Of a DNA stretch of 64,000 bases, positions 39,351 to 49,383 are shown one piece after another. The stretch is from an uncultured Acidobacteriota bacterium (lineage in GTDB: Bacteria > Acidobacteriota > Thermoanaerobaculia > Gp7-AA8), in contig CAVUKB010000007.1 of assembly GCA_963741955.1 (NCBI GenBank), positions 640,001 through 704,000 of the forward strand. The letters run 5' to 3'. Each line of letters begins with the position of its first letter. Position 1 is the first letter of the stretch. The notes beneath the pieces were generated by a model that did not search any database, was not told where the DNA came from, and saw nothing but the letters and a program-made list of their open reading frames with translations. The position numbers were made by a program, and so were the translations under genes.

Positions 39351-40115
39351 CTAGAACGTGTACTGCTTCTCCACCAGGATCCTTGCCCTTCGATCCCTGA
39401 TGTTCTTGATCTCCGATTCGATCTTGGTCTCGAACGGGACTTTTCGGTGGCTTGCGTACACGGGCACATCGAGGGTGATCTTTCGCAGTTCCGCGGCGAG
39501 CGATTGCGGAGTGAGGTGGCCGCTGTCGTCCGCCATCTGTTGCAGATCGTTCGGGAAAGACGCCTCGGTGATCACCGAGACGATCGACCCGACCTTGTTC
39601 GCACGCTTCCAGATTTCGGAGGTCGGACCGGTGTCGCCGGTGAAGGCGATCGCCTGCGGTCCGGTCTGGAGGATGAGCCCCGCTGCGGGGACGGTGTGCT
39701 CGACCTTGACCGGGGTCAGCTGCATGCCGTCGATGGTCGCTTTCCTCCCCGCCTTGAGCGCGCGATATTCGATCGCCTGCCGTCCAGTCGCAGGAGAGCG
39801 GAATTTCTGGAAATCCGGCCACACTTCATCATTGAAGACATGACGGATCAGCATCTCCATCACTTCTTCTTCCGCCGCGACGATCAGCGGCTTCGCCTCC
39901 TGATGGAAGCGGTTGAGGATCAGATGGGGAAGATCACGGGTGTGGTCGGCATGCGCGTGAGTGACGTAGATGATCTCGACGCGCGCCTGCTGGGCGAGAG
40001 TCAGCTTCGAAGTGAGCGTACCGGCATCGACCGCGACGACGTCGTCGACCAGGTATCCCGTCAGGTGATGGGTCGCGTCGGATGTGCCGTAGGCTCCAAG
40101 TACCTTCAGTCTCAT
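39351..40115 (-). CDS. Class II 3',5'-cyclic nucleotide phosphodiesterase (metallo-beta-lactamase fold)
   Basis: VDAG, THAHADH, FNDEVWPDF, HTVP, FTGDTGPT, EASFPN and GHLTP. Confidence 0.85.
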   Translation of the reverse strand: MRLKVLGAYGTSDATHHLTGYLVDDVVAVDAGTLTSKLTLAQQARVEIIYVTHAHADHTRDLPHLILNRFHQEAKPLIVAAEEEVMEMLIRHVFNDEVWPDFQKFRSPATGRQAIEYRALKAGRKATIDGMQLTPVKVEHTVPAAGLILQTGPQAIAFTGDTGPTSEIWKRANKVGSIVSVITEASFPNDLQQMADDSGHLTPQSLAAELRKITLDVPVYASHRKVPFETKIESEIKNIRDRRARILVEKQYTF

Positions 40116-40247
40116 TCGGTTCCGGCCTGACCTTTCGGGTCTGATTCGAGAGTGCGACTATTGTTGCAGCCGCAATGGCCGGCTGTCCAGCGCCGCCGGC
40201 CGCGAGCAGGGTCAAAGGAGCATTCGTCTGGAGATCGGATTCCGAAC

Positions 40248-43200
40248 TTGAGCCAGAAATCGCATGATCGCGGGAGAGAACGAATCTTCCATCCGGCCGT
40301 GACCGAATGGTTCGAGGCGTCGTTTTCCGCTCCGACCGAAGCTCAGCGGCTCGGCTGGCAGGCGATCGCTGCCGGCGAATCGACACTGATCAGTGCGCCG
40401 ACCGGTAGCGGGAAGACTCTTGCCGCCTTCCTCTGGAGCATCGAGCGGCTGATGTTCTCGCCAGCGCCGGCGAAGGAGCGGCGCTGCCGGGTGGTTTACG
40501 TCTCTCCGCTCAAGGCGCTGGCCGTCGATGTCGAGCGCAATCTCCGCGCGCCCGCGGCCGGCATCGCGCGGATTGCCTCCGCGCGGGGAGAATCGTGCAT
40601 TCCCCCGACGATCGCGGTGCGCACCGGCGACACCCCGTCGCGCGAGCGCGCTGCCTTCCAGAGACGGCCGGCCGACATTCTCATCACCACGCCGGAATCT
40701 CTCTACCTTCTCCTGACCTCGAAGGCGCGCGAGGTGCTCCGTTCCGTCGACACCATCATCATCGACGAGATCCACGCGCTCGTACCGACCAAGCGCGGCT
40801 CCCACCTCGCACTCTCCGTCGAGCGGCTCGAAGAGCTCGCCGACGCTCCCCTCCAGCGCATCGGCCTCTCGGCGACGCAGCGACCTCTCGAGGAGGTCGC
40901 GCGCTTCCTCGGTGGGACCACGATCGCCTCCGATGACGCGGAAGATGCGGCAGTCCGGTTTCGTCCGGTCACCATCATCGAATCGGGCGAGAAGAAGAAA
41001 CTCCAGCTCGAGGTCGAAGTCCCGGTCGACGACATGTCGAACCTCGGTGAGGTGATCGAGATCCCGAGCGGCTCCGCTTCGCAGCCCGTGGTTCGGTCTT
41101 CCATCTGGCCGGCGATCCACCCGCGGCTCCTCGAGCTGATCCACGCCCATCGGTCGACACTGATCTTCGTCAACAGCCGCCGTCTCGCCGAGCGACTCGC
41201 CGCGGCGCTCAACGAGCTCGCCGGCGAGATCGTCGCGCACGCGCACCACGGCTCTCTCGCGCGACCGCAACGCATCGAGATCGAAGACCGGCTCAAATCG
41301 GGCGAGCTCCCCGCGCTGGTCGCGACCTCATCCCTCGAGCTCGGGATCGACATGGGCGCGATCGACCTCGTGATCCAGATCGAAGCCCCTCCCTCCGTCG
41401 CGAGCGGGATGCAGCGCATCGGCCGCGCTGGTCACCACGTCGGCAGCCCCAGCGAGGGAACGATCTTTCCCAAGCACCGGGCCGACCTCCTCGCCTGCGC
41501 CGCGGTCACACGCGCCATGCACCGCGGCGAGATCGAGCCGATCCGCTATCCGCGCAATCCGCTCGACGTCCTCGCGCAGCAGATCGTCGCGATCGTAGCG
41601 ATGGAGGAGCGCGAGCTCGACTCTCTCTACCAACTGGTGCGCCGCGCCGCTCCCTTCGCCCGCCTCACCCGCAACACCTTCGAAGGGGTTCTCGACATGC
41701 TCGCCGGCGTCTATCCCGCGGAGGATTTCGCGGAGCTGCGCGCGCGCATCAACTGGGATCGCCTCTCGAACCTCATCTCCGCACGCGCCGGTGCACGCAA
41801 TCTCGCAGTGGTGAACGGCGGGACGATTCCCGACCGTGGACTGTACGGAGTCTTTCTCGCCGGAGCGGAGAAAGGCGCCGCGCGGGTCGGTGAGCTCGAC
41901 GAAGAGATGGTCTTCGAGAGCGAGAGCGGCGAGACCTTCGTCCTCGGCGCGTCGACCTGGCGCATCGAAGAGATCACCCACGACCGGGTGATCGTCTCTC
42001 CCGCGCCGGGTCAGCCGGGGAAGGTCCCTTTCTGGCACGGCGACGGTGCAGGACGCAGCTACGAGTTCGGCGTCGCAATCGGAGCGCTCACGCGGACGCT
42101 CTCGACCGAGCCGCCCGATCGCGTGCAACGCACTCTCGTCGACGAGCACGACCTCGACGCGCGCGCGGCCGCGAATCTCCTCCAGTTCGTCGCGGATCAG
42201 AGGAGCGCTACCGAGGCCGTGCCGGACGACCGGACGGTGGTGATCGAGAGATGCATCGATGAGCTGGGCGACTGGCGCCTCTGCATCCTCTCGCCGTTCG
42301 GCGCGCGAGTTCATGCGCCATGGGCCATGGCCGCGGTGGCGAAGGCTCGAGAGCAGCGCGGCATCGACGTCGAGGCGATGTGGAGCGACGAAGGACTGGT
42401 GCTCCGCTTTCCGGAGACCGAAGAGCCGCCGGACAGCGTCATCGTGGTCCCGGAACCGGACGAGCTCGAGCCTCTCCTGATGCGACAACTCGGCGGGAGC
42501 TCCCTGTTCGCTTCACGTTTCCGCGAGGCAGCGGCACGGGCGCTCCTCCTTCCGCGGCGGCGTCCGGGTGCGCGTGCACCACTGTGGCAGCAGCGGAAAC
42601 GCGCGCACGGTCTGCTGCAGGTCGCTGCGCGCTTCGGCTCGTTCCCGATCATCCTCGAGGCGTACCGCGAATGCCTCCAGGACGTCTTCGACCTCGGCGC
42701 GCTGCGTCAGGTGATCGGCGGGATCTCGAACCGCAGCATCCGTATCGCCACCGTCGATACCGACCAGCCATCGCCGTTCGCCGCATCCATCCTCTTCCGC
42801 TACGTCGCGAACTACATCTACGACGGGGATGCCCCTCTCGCGGAACGCCGCGCCCAGGCGCTCGCTCTCGATCAGTCCCAGCTCCGCGAGCTCCTCGGCG
42901 AGGCCGAGCTCCGCGATCTCCTCGACGAGGACGTGATCGCGGAGACGGGATACGAGCTCCAGTGCCTCGCTCCGGAGCGGAAAGCGAAGAACACCGACGG
43001 CGTGCACGACCTCCTGGTTCGACTCGGCGCCCTCTCCCATCAGGAGATCGAAGAACGTTCGATGATCGCGCCGATCGATGACGTCCTTGCGGATCTCCTG
43101 CGCGCGAGGCGGATCATCTCGATCGGTGGGACGCATGGCGAAGCGGGAGAGCGATTCATCGCGGTCGAGGACGCGGCGCGCTACCGCGACGCCCTCGGCA

Positions 43201-44738
43201 TCCCCATTCCGGCGGGGATTCCGGAGCGCTTCCTCCTCCCGGTGCCGGATCCGCTCGGGGATCTGGTTCTCCGCTACGCGCGGACGCACGGGCCCTTCAC
43301 CGCCGGTGAGCTCGCGGCCCGGCTCGGGCTGACCCGCGCGGTGGCCGACCTCGCGCTCGCGCCTCTGGTGGAGAGCGGCCGGCTGGTGGAGGGAGAGTTC
43401 CGCCCTCGGGGGTCAGGTCATGAGTTATGCGAGCGCGAGATCCTGCGCCGGATCCGGCGCAGGACGCTCGCTGCACTGCGAAAGGAGATCGAGCCGGTCG
43501 CCCCATCGATCTTCGGACGATTCGAGACGGCATGGCATGGCGTGATGGAGAAGCGGAGCGGGATGAGCGCGGTCCTGGAGACGCTCGAGATGCTGCAGGG
43601 ATATCCGATCGCCGCGTCGATTCTGGAGAGCGAAATCCTCTCCTCGCGCATCGCCGGGTATGACGAGACTCAGCTCGATCGCCTCGCCGCGGCGGGAGAG
43701 CTCGTCTGGATCGGCACCGAGCCTCTCGGTGAGAAGGACGGACGGGTCGCGCTCTACTTCACCGATCATCTCCCGCTCCTCCACGAGCCGCGGCCGGCGG
43801 AAGACCTGACCCCGCGCGAGACCGCGGTGGTCGAGCTGCTCCGGAGGAGGGGAGCGTCGTTCTTCCGCGCCATTCACGAGGCGTGCGGCGGCGGATTCGA
43901 GAACGACACCGTCGACGCGGTCTGGAACCTGGTCTGGAAAGGCCTGGTCACGAACGACACTCTCGAGCCGCTGCGCGCGTTCACCCGTCCTCCGCGACGA
44001 CGCCGGCGCGCCGACTTTCGAAGCCGCCTCGACGTGCCGCCAGCGGTGGTGGGGCGCTGGTCCCTCGTCGAACAACTGATCGGGCGCGACGTTTCACGCA
44101 CCGAGAGGATGACCGCCGTCGCGCAGCAGCTCCTCGCGCGCTACGGTGTGGTAACGAGGGAGAGCGGCGCTGCGGAGTCCATTCCCGGAGGATTCTCCGC
44201 GGTCTACGACCTCCTCAAGCAGATGGAAGAGCGCGGCCGGGTGCGCCGCGGCTACTTCATCGCCGGCGTCGCGGCGACGCAGTTCGCCCTCCCCCCCGCG
44301 CTCGACCGGCTGCGCGCGGCGAAGAGTCAGCCCGACCAGCCGGAGTCGGTGATCCTCGCCGCGACCGATCCTGCCAATCCATACGGCAGCCTTCTTCCCT
44401 GGCCGGAGAGCGGGCGCCAGCTTTCCCGTTCCGTCGGCGCGCGGGTGATCCTGGTCGACGGTGCGCTCGCTCTCTACGTCTCGCGCGGGGAGGGACAGAT
44501 GCTCGCATTTCTCCCCGAGGACGAGCCGGACCGCGGACGGACGGCGGCAGCGGTCGCGAGGGAGCTCGCGCGCTGGGTCGAAGAATCGGGCCGCCGGACA
44601 CTCCTGATCCCGCAGATCGATGAGAAGCCCGCCGGGGACCATCCGCTCGCAGCGGCACTGATCGAAGAGGGGTTCGTCGCTACCGCCATGGGGCTGCAGT
44701 TCCGCAGAGGGTTCGCGTCCGGAGTGCGTCATGCCTGA
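40248..44738 (+). CDS. lhr: ATP-dependent Lhr family helicase (long form; start uncertain between 40152 and 40248)
   Basis: APTGSGKT, ITTPESL, IDEIH, GLSAT, HHGSL, TSSLELGIDMG, QRIGRAGH and C-terminal LAATDPANPYG. Confidence 0.95.
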   Translation: MSQKSHDRGRERIFHPAVTEWFEASFSAPTEAQRLGWQAIAAGESTLISAPTGSGKTLAAFLWSIERLMFSPAPAKERRCRVVYVSPLKALAVDVERNLRAPAAGIARIASARGESCIPPTIAVRTGDTPSRERAAFQRRPADILITTPESLYLLLTSKAREVLRSVDTIIIDEIHALVPTKRGSHLALSVERLEELADAPLQRIGLSATQRPLEEVARFLGGTTIASDDAEDAAVRFRPVTIIESGEKKKLQLEVEVPVDDMSNLGEVIEIPSGSASQPVVRSSIWPAIHPRLLELIHAHRSTLIFVNSRRLAERLAAALNELAGEIVAHAHHGSLARPQRIEIEDRLKSGELPALVATSSLELGIDMGAIDLVIQIEAPPSVASGMQRIGRAGHHVGSPSEGTIFPKHRADLLACAAVTRAMHRGEIEPIRYPRNPLDVLAQQIVAIVAMEERELDSLYQLVRRAAPFARLTRNTFEGVLDMLAGVYPAEDFAELRARINWDRLSNLISARAGARNLAVVNGGTIPDRGLYGVFLAGAEKGAARVGELDEEMVFESESGETFVLGASTWRIEEITHDRVIVSPAPGQPGKVPFWHGDGAGRSYEFGVAIGALTRTLSTEPPDRVQRTLVDEHDLDARAAANLLQFVADQRSATEAVPDDRTVVIERCIDELGDWRLCILSPFGARVHAPWAMAAVAKAREQRGIDVEAMWSDEGLVLRFPETEEPPDSVIVVPEPDELEPLLMRQLGGSSLFASRFREAAARALLLPRRRPGARAPLWQQRKRAHGLLQVAARFGSFPIILEAYRECLQDVFDLGALRQVIGGISNRSIRIATVDTDQPSPFAASILFRYVANYIYDGDAPLAERRAQALALDQSQLRELLGEAELRDLLDEDVIAETGYELQCLAPERKAKNTDGVHDLLVRLGALSHQEIEERSMIAPIDDVLADLLRARRIISIGGTHGEAGERFIAVEDAARYRDALGIPIPAGIPERFLLPVPDPLGDLVLRYARTHGPFTAGELAARLGLTRAVADLALAPLVESGRLVEGEFRPRGSGHELCEREILRRIRRRTLAALRKEIEPVAPSIFGRFETAWHGVMEKRSGMSAVLETLEMLQGYPIAASILESEILSSRIAGYDETQLDRLAAAGELVWIGTEPLGEKDGRVALYFTDHLPLLHEPRPAEDLTPRETAVVELLRRRGASFFRAIHEACGGGFENDTVDAVWNLVWKGLVTNDTLEPLRAFTRPPRRRRRADFRSRLDVPPAVVGRWSLVEQLIGRDVSRTERMTAVAQQLLARYGVVTRESGAAESIPGGFSAVYDLLKQMEERGRVRRGYFIAGVAATQFALPPALDRLRAAKSQPDQPESVILAATDPANPYGSLLPWPESGRQLSRSVGARVILVDGALALYVSRGEGQMLAFLPEDEPDRGRTAAAVARELARWVEESGRRTLLIPQIDEKPAGDHPLAAALIEEGFVATAMGLQFRRGFASGVRHA

Positions 44739-45561
44739 GGGCGACACCATCTTCCGTGCCGCGCGCACCCTGCAGCTCGCATTGGGCGGGAAGAGCGTGA
44801 CTGATTTCCAGACCGTCCTCCCGGCGCTCTCCCGGATCGACGAGGACGAACCGCTCCGCGGGAGAACGGTGCTGCGGGTCGAGCCGCGAGGGAAGAACCT
44901 CCTGATCCACTTGTCAGGAGACCTGACCCTCTACAGCCATCTCAGAATGAATGGCGCCTGGCACGTCTACCGGAGCGGAGAGCGGTGGCAGCGGAGAAGC
45001 GACGACATGCGGGTGGTGATCGGAACGGAGGAGTGGAGCGCGGTCGGCTTCCGCATTCCGGTCCTGGAGTTCCGCCGCACCACGGAACTCGCGCGGCACC
45101 CCGTTCTTCGCGCCCTGGGGCCGGACCTTCTCGGCGACGAGCCGGACGTCGACGCTGCGCTGGCGAACCTCCGTGCACGAGCCGAGGTGGTGATCGCGGA
45201 CGCCCTTCTCGACCAGCACGTGGCGGCGGGAATCGGGAACGTCTTCAAATCCGAAGTTCTCTTCGTGCGTGGCGTGGCTCCGCAGCGCCGGGTGGCGGAT
45301 CTCTCCGAAGAGCAGCTGCGCGGCCTTCTGGAGACCGCGCGAAAGATGCTCCGGTCCAACGTCTCCGACCGGACCGACGGACGTCTGGTGTACGGCGGAC
45401 CGCGCCGCACCGCCGGAGGGCTCCGGCCGACGGAGAGACTGTGGGTGTACGGTCGCCGCGATCGTCCCTGCCGCCGCTGTGGCACTCCGATCGCTTGGCA
45501 GCGCCTCGGCCGCGACGCCCGATCGACCTACTGGTGCCCTCGCTGCCAGCCGGACGGGTGA
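44731..45561 (+). CDS. nei: Fpg/Nei family DNA glycosylase
   Basis: MPEGDT, RGKNL, HLRMNG, LLDQ...GIGNVF and the CRRC...CPRC zinc finger. Confidence 0.92.
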   Translation: MPEGDTIFRAARTLQLALGGKSVTDFQTVLPALSRIDEDEPLRGRTVLRVEPRGKNLLIHLSGDLTLYSHLRMNGAWHVYRSGERWQRRSDDMRVVIGTEEWSAVGFRIPVLEFRRTTELARHPVLRALGPDLLGDEPDVDAALANLRARAEVVIADALLDQHVAAGIGNVFKSEVLFVRGVAPQRRVADLSEEQLRGLLETARKMLRSNVSDRTDGRLVYGGPRRTAGGLRPTERLWVYGRRDRPCRRCGTPIAWQRLGRDARSTYWCPRCQPDG

Positions 45562-45737
45562 CCGCGCGTCGCCGAGCAACCGAACGACGAGCGAGAGCTT
45601 GTCGCCTGCGCCCGATCGGAGCTCACCGATGAAGGCGTCACGTTCCGTCGTTCCACCGAGGCACGCGGGTGCGTGATTGCGATCACGGACATGCATCGTC
45701 CGACAGATCGAGTCTGGCCAGACGGGAGACGTTGCTC

Positions 45738-47024
45738 ATGAGAACGCTTGCCTTCCTTCGACCGTGGATGCTCCTCACCCGGACGATCCTCGTCGTCCTG
45801 ATCGCCCTCGCCTCGACGACCACGATCGTCGGCCGGGCCGTCGCTTCGGACTGGCAGGAGGATCTCGATCGTCTGGCTAAGGAGTTGCCCGCCCGGCACG
45901 CCAACGCGTTCTTCCACGTGAGCGAGGAAGACTTCGATGCCGCCGTTGCAGCGCTGGGTCACGACATTCCCTCGCTGACCGACGCACAGATCGTGGTCCG
46001 CTTGATGCGTCTGGTGGGGATGATCGGCGACAGCCATACGACCGTCAGTGGATACGGATTCCGTCGGCTTCCAATCGATCTCGAATGGTTCCCCGATGGG
46101 ATCTACGTGGTCCGTGCGACGGACGAGCATAGGGACCTGCTTGGTTCGCGTCTGATCGCGATTGATGAGACTCCGATCGATGAAGCCGAGTCTCTCGTCG
46201 GTGCAGTGATTCCGCACGAGAATCAGGAATGGCTTCGGGCTCGAATTACCGAATTTCTCATTCTGCCGGAGGTTCTCCAGGCGACGGGTGTGAGCGCCAC
46301 TGTCGAGAGTACGAGCGTCGAGCTGGAGACGCGCGGGGGCCAGCGTGTCGAACGGCTCCTCCGTCCACTCGCTGCTTCGTGGAACGGTCCGTGGCGGACC
46401 CTCCCGGATCCCTCGTGGACGCGATTGCCGCTGTACCGGACGAATCCCGCTCTGAACTACTGGTACGTGTACCTCCCGGAGAAGAGGGCGATCTATCTGA
46501 AGTACAACGTGTGCCGGGATACGCCGTCCCATCCCTTCAACAGCGTCGGGGAGGAACTGATGCAGCTGATGGCGACCGAGCCGGTGGAGAAGCTCGTCCT
46601 CGACATGCGGGACAACGGCGGAGGGGACTCCCGAGTGCTGCAGCCGCTGATCAGCGGAATCCAGTCGTTCACGGAGCTCAACCGGCCGGATCGCTTCTTC
46701 GTCGTCACCGGCCGGAGTACGTTTTCCTCTGCGATGATCAACGCCATCGAGCTTCGGAAGCAGACCAACGCAACTTTTGTCGGCGAGCCGACCGGTGGAA
46801 AGCCGAATTCGTATGGAGAGGTCCTGAGTTTCACGCTCCCTCATTCGGGGCTTCGCATCACGTATTCGACGCGTTACTTCGAGATGCTTCCCGGCGAGAA
46901 TCCGCCGTCCTTCGAACCTGATCTCGAGATTCGCACGTCGGCGAAAGAGTATTTCGCGGGTCGGGATGCGGTGATGGAGTGGATCTTCCCTCCGCCGCCC
47001 CGGCACCGTGCCGTCTCCCGCTGA
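45738..47024 (+). CDS. Secreted S41-family peptidase-like protein
   Basis: Signal peptide; DSHT, LDMRDNGGG, TFSSA, VGEPTGG and PD.EI. Confidence 0.8.
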   Translation: MRTLAFLRPWMLLTRTILVVLIALASTTTIVGRAVASDWQEDLDRLAKELPARHANAFFHVSEEDFDAAVAALGHDIPSLTDAQIVVRLMRLVGMIGDSHTTVSGYGFRRLPIDLEWFPDGIYVVRATDEHRDLLGSRLIAIDETPIDEAESLVGAVIPHENQEWLRARITEFLILPEVLQATGVSATVESTSVELETRGGQRVERLLRPLAASWNGPWRTLPDPSWTRLPLYRTNPALNYWYVYLPEKRAIYLKYNVCRDTPSHPFNSVGEELMQLMATEPVEKLVLDMRDNGGGDSRVLQPLISGIQSFTELNRPDRFFVVTGRSTFSSAMINAIELRKQTNATFVGEPTGGKPNSYGEVLSFTLPHSGLRITYSTRYFEMLPGENPPSFEPDLEIRTSAKEYFAGRDAVMEWIFPPPPRHRAVSR

Positions 47025-47174
47025 GGATGGAGCCGACCTGGACTTCTCTCCCTCTCTCTGTCGTGCGCCCTCTCTTGTTGGGCTCCGCGACGGTCATCCC
47101 GATGCCTGCGTCGACGGAGCTGTGTGCGCGTTGGCTCCGGGCGACGCGCGCGTCTGAGGTATCATGAGAGCACC

Positions 47175-48077
47175 TTGAAACGCCTCCTCTCGGGGATCTT
47201 TCTCGCCCTGGTGGCGCCGGTTGGACTCTTCGCGCAGAGCCTGCCACTCGGCGACGGACATGTCTCCGACCATCCCGCGGTGGGCAACGTCTATTCCTGC
47301 CGGACCATTTTCCGCGGCGGTGGCGCGCGCCACGACGGTCCCTGGTTTCACGGTGACAGCTGGAACCCTCTCGAGAAGCCGCACGTGGAAGGCCATCTCC
47401 TCTGGCCCGAGGCGAAGTTCACTTTCACACTCCACGGGAACGCTTTCACATTCCTCGGCAATGGACTTCCCGTCGAGGAGCCGACCGGAATCTTTCCCAT
47501 CCTTCGAAGCGATCCTGCGTATCAGTTCGACACCAACCCGAATCGCATTGCGGCACAGAATCTGTCGTTCGAGATTCCCGCTCATCCTCTGCTCGCCGAC
47601 GAGCCGGGATGTCTGCCGATGGGAATGATCGGGTTCACGGTGAGTGGAGTCGCCCTCTACAACGCACTCGACGACGCCGGTCGCGACGCAGCGGCTCACG
47701 AAATACAGGACGACTGCGACGGACACCCTCAGGCGAATTCGCAGTACCACTATCACAACGCGTCGCCGTGCATTCCGGGTGTGGAAACGAGCGGGTTGGT
47801 CGGATGGGCCCTGGACGGTTTTCCGATCCTCGGGCTGAAGGACGCCGTTGGAAACGACCTGACGGATGGCGATCTCGATGCCTGCCACGGACGCCGCGAG
47901 ACCGTCATGGTCGAAGGACGCACATACCCTTACGCCTACCACATGACCCGCGAGTATCCGTACACGCTCGGCTGCTTTGCCGGCGCACTTCTCGAGAACA
48001 CTCTCCAGGATATTCGCGATGGCCTCCAGCCGCCGGTCGTCCATCGACGGCGCGGGATTCGACCGGTACATCGCTGA
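47175..48077 (+). CDS. Secreted YHYH domain protein
   Basis: Signal peptide; GVALYN, DDCDGHP, QYHYH, GWALDGFPI and YAYH. Confidence 0.88.
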   Translation: MKRLLSGIFLALVAPVGLFAQSLPLGDGHVSDHPAVGNVYSCRTIFRGGGARHDGPWFHGDSWNPLEKPHVEGHLLWPEAKFTFTLHGNAFTFLGNGLPVEEPTGIFPILRSDPAYQFDTNPNRIAAQNLSFEIPAHPLLADEPGCLPMGMIGFTVSGVALYNALDDAGRDAAAHEIQDDCDGHPQANSQYHYHNASPCIPGVETSGLVGWALDGFPILGLKDAVGNDLTDGDLDACHGRRETVMVEGRTYPYAYHMTREYPYTLGCFAGALLENTLQDIRDGLQPPVVHRRRGIRPVHR

Positions 48078-48264
48078 GGCGTGGACGGGATCTCGGAGAT
48101 CCCGAGAAGCTCGAGCTCACGGCTCGCTCCTTTCGGCGCGACGTTCCGGGATATTCGTGGGAGGAAAGTGCAGCCGGACCGCTGACCCGGCGGGGGAGAT
48201 CATCGTCTTTCCCGTCGGAACGCGGTCAGGCACGACGCGAGCTGCGCGGCCGCTGTGGCAGAGA

Positions 48265-48747
48265 TCAGGAATCTTCGCCGTTGCGGATCTGCTGGGCGAG
48301 ATAGTTCGCGATCCCGACCTGCTTGATCTGGTCGAGTTGCGCCTCGATCCAGTCGACGTGCTCTTCTTCTTCCTCGAGGATCTCTTCCAGGAGATGCCTG
48401 GTGTTGTGGTCGCCGGATTCGTGGCAGCTCTCGATTCCCTTCCTGAGTCTGGGGAGCGCGTCCATTTCGAGAGCGAGATCGACTTTGAGCTGTTCCTCAA
48501 CGCTCTCGCCGATGTTGATCTTTCCAAGCTTCTGGACGTTCGGGATTCCTTCCAGAAAGAGAATCCTCTCGATCACCTGCTCGGCGTGTTTCATCTCGCC
48601 GATGGAGTGAGCCCGGATCGCGTGCTGGAGCCGCTCGTAGCCCCAGTTCTCGCACATCTCACTGTGGACGAAGTACTGGTTGATCGCCGTGAGCTCCGCC
48701 GTGAGAACGTCGTTCAGAATGGAGATGACCTCTTTCGTGCCCTTCAT
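48265..48747 (-). CDS. bfr: Bacterioferritin
   Basis: ELTAINQYFVH, EMKHA, RILFLEG.PN and EEEHVDW. Confidence 0.97.
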   Translation of the reverse strand: MKGTKEVISILNDVLTAELTAINQYFVHSEMCENWGYERLQHAIRAHSIGEMKHAEQVIERILFLEGIPNVQKLGKINIGESVEEQLKVDLALEMDALPRLRKGIESCHESGDHNTRHLLEEILEEEEEHVDWIEAQLDQIKQVGIANYLAQQIRNGEDS

Positions 48748-48774
48748 TGATTTCCTCCCACCTGAATGGCCTTG

Positions 48775-48946
48775 CCCGCATTTCTCACATCGTCTCTGCT
48801 GCGGCGCCGGATAGCGGCCTGTCTGCTACGTTGCGCCCGGCTTCGGCTCCTCGACATCCACTATGCCTTCGTTGCCGAAGCCGGGCGCGCCTTGCATCCA
48901 GGCCACTCTCCGCCTCCTCGCGACGAGACGGTGTGAGAAATGCGGG
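48775..48946. mobile_element. MITE family B (IS1380-type ends), 172 bp
   Basis: CCCGCATTTCTCACA...TGTGAGAAATGCGGG; inner stem GCGCCCGGCTTCGGC/GCCGAAGCCGGGCGC; flanked by CTTG/CCAG. Confidence 0.88.
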
Positions 48947-48950
48947 CCAG

Positions 48951-49109
48951 GAGTCTGCGCGGTAGAAACTGTCCTACTGCGAAAGCGGATCAACGGTCCA
49001 AATCCGCCCGGATTTTCGGCGAGTAGCCACCGCTACGCACCTCATATCCGAACGAATTTGGCCTCGGTGCTCCGCTTTCTCGCTACGGACGTTTCTATCG
49101 CGCAAACTC
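48951..49109. mobile_element. MITE family A, 159 bp
   Basis: Same sequence as the 10351 and 19822 copies; flanked by CCAG/CTAG. Confidence 0.92.
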
Positions 49110-49119
49110 CTAGAGGCTA

Positions 49120-49344
49120 TCACAGCGTAGGGAGAGGTGAGGTGGCCGCTTCACTGTCCCGGCCGCCGGGCGGCGCGGGCGCAGCCGCGGTCGCTCTGGC
49201 GAGCATCTGGCGCAGCATGTCGTGGCAGGAACCGCACTCGGTGCCGATGCCGCATCGACGGAGATCGCTCACGGAGCGGGCTCCCTCCTCGATCGCTTCG
49301 AGGACATCACGGTCGGATTTTGCGCGGCAGAGACAGACGATCAA
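49120..49344 (-). CDS. bfd: Bacterioferritin-associated ferredoxin
   Basis: IVCLC...GTECGSC 2Fe-2S motif; TTG start with an AAGGAG RBS; upstream of bfr. Confidence 0.88.
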   Translation of the reverse strand: MIVCLCRAKSDRDVLEAIEEGARSVSDLRRCGIGTECGSCHDMLRQMLARATAAAPAPPGGRDSEAATSPLPTL

Positions 49345-49360
49345 AGACGGCTCCTTCGCT

Positions 49361-49383
49361 CAATTGAGACCTTATCTCAATTG
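49361..49383. promoter_or_regulatory. Fur-like operator upstream of bfd
   Basis: Perfect inverted repeat CAATTGAGA-CCTTA-TCTCAATTG containing a TGAGA-N5-TCTCA core. Confidence 0.65.

Noticed and set aside
40248-45561. Lhr-Nei pair as a novel defence system
   Set aside because: This is a well-known, widespread DNA repair gene pair
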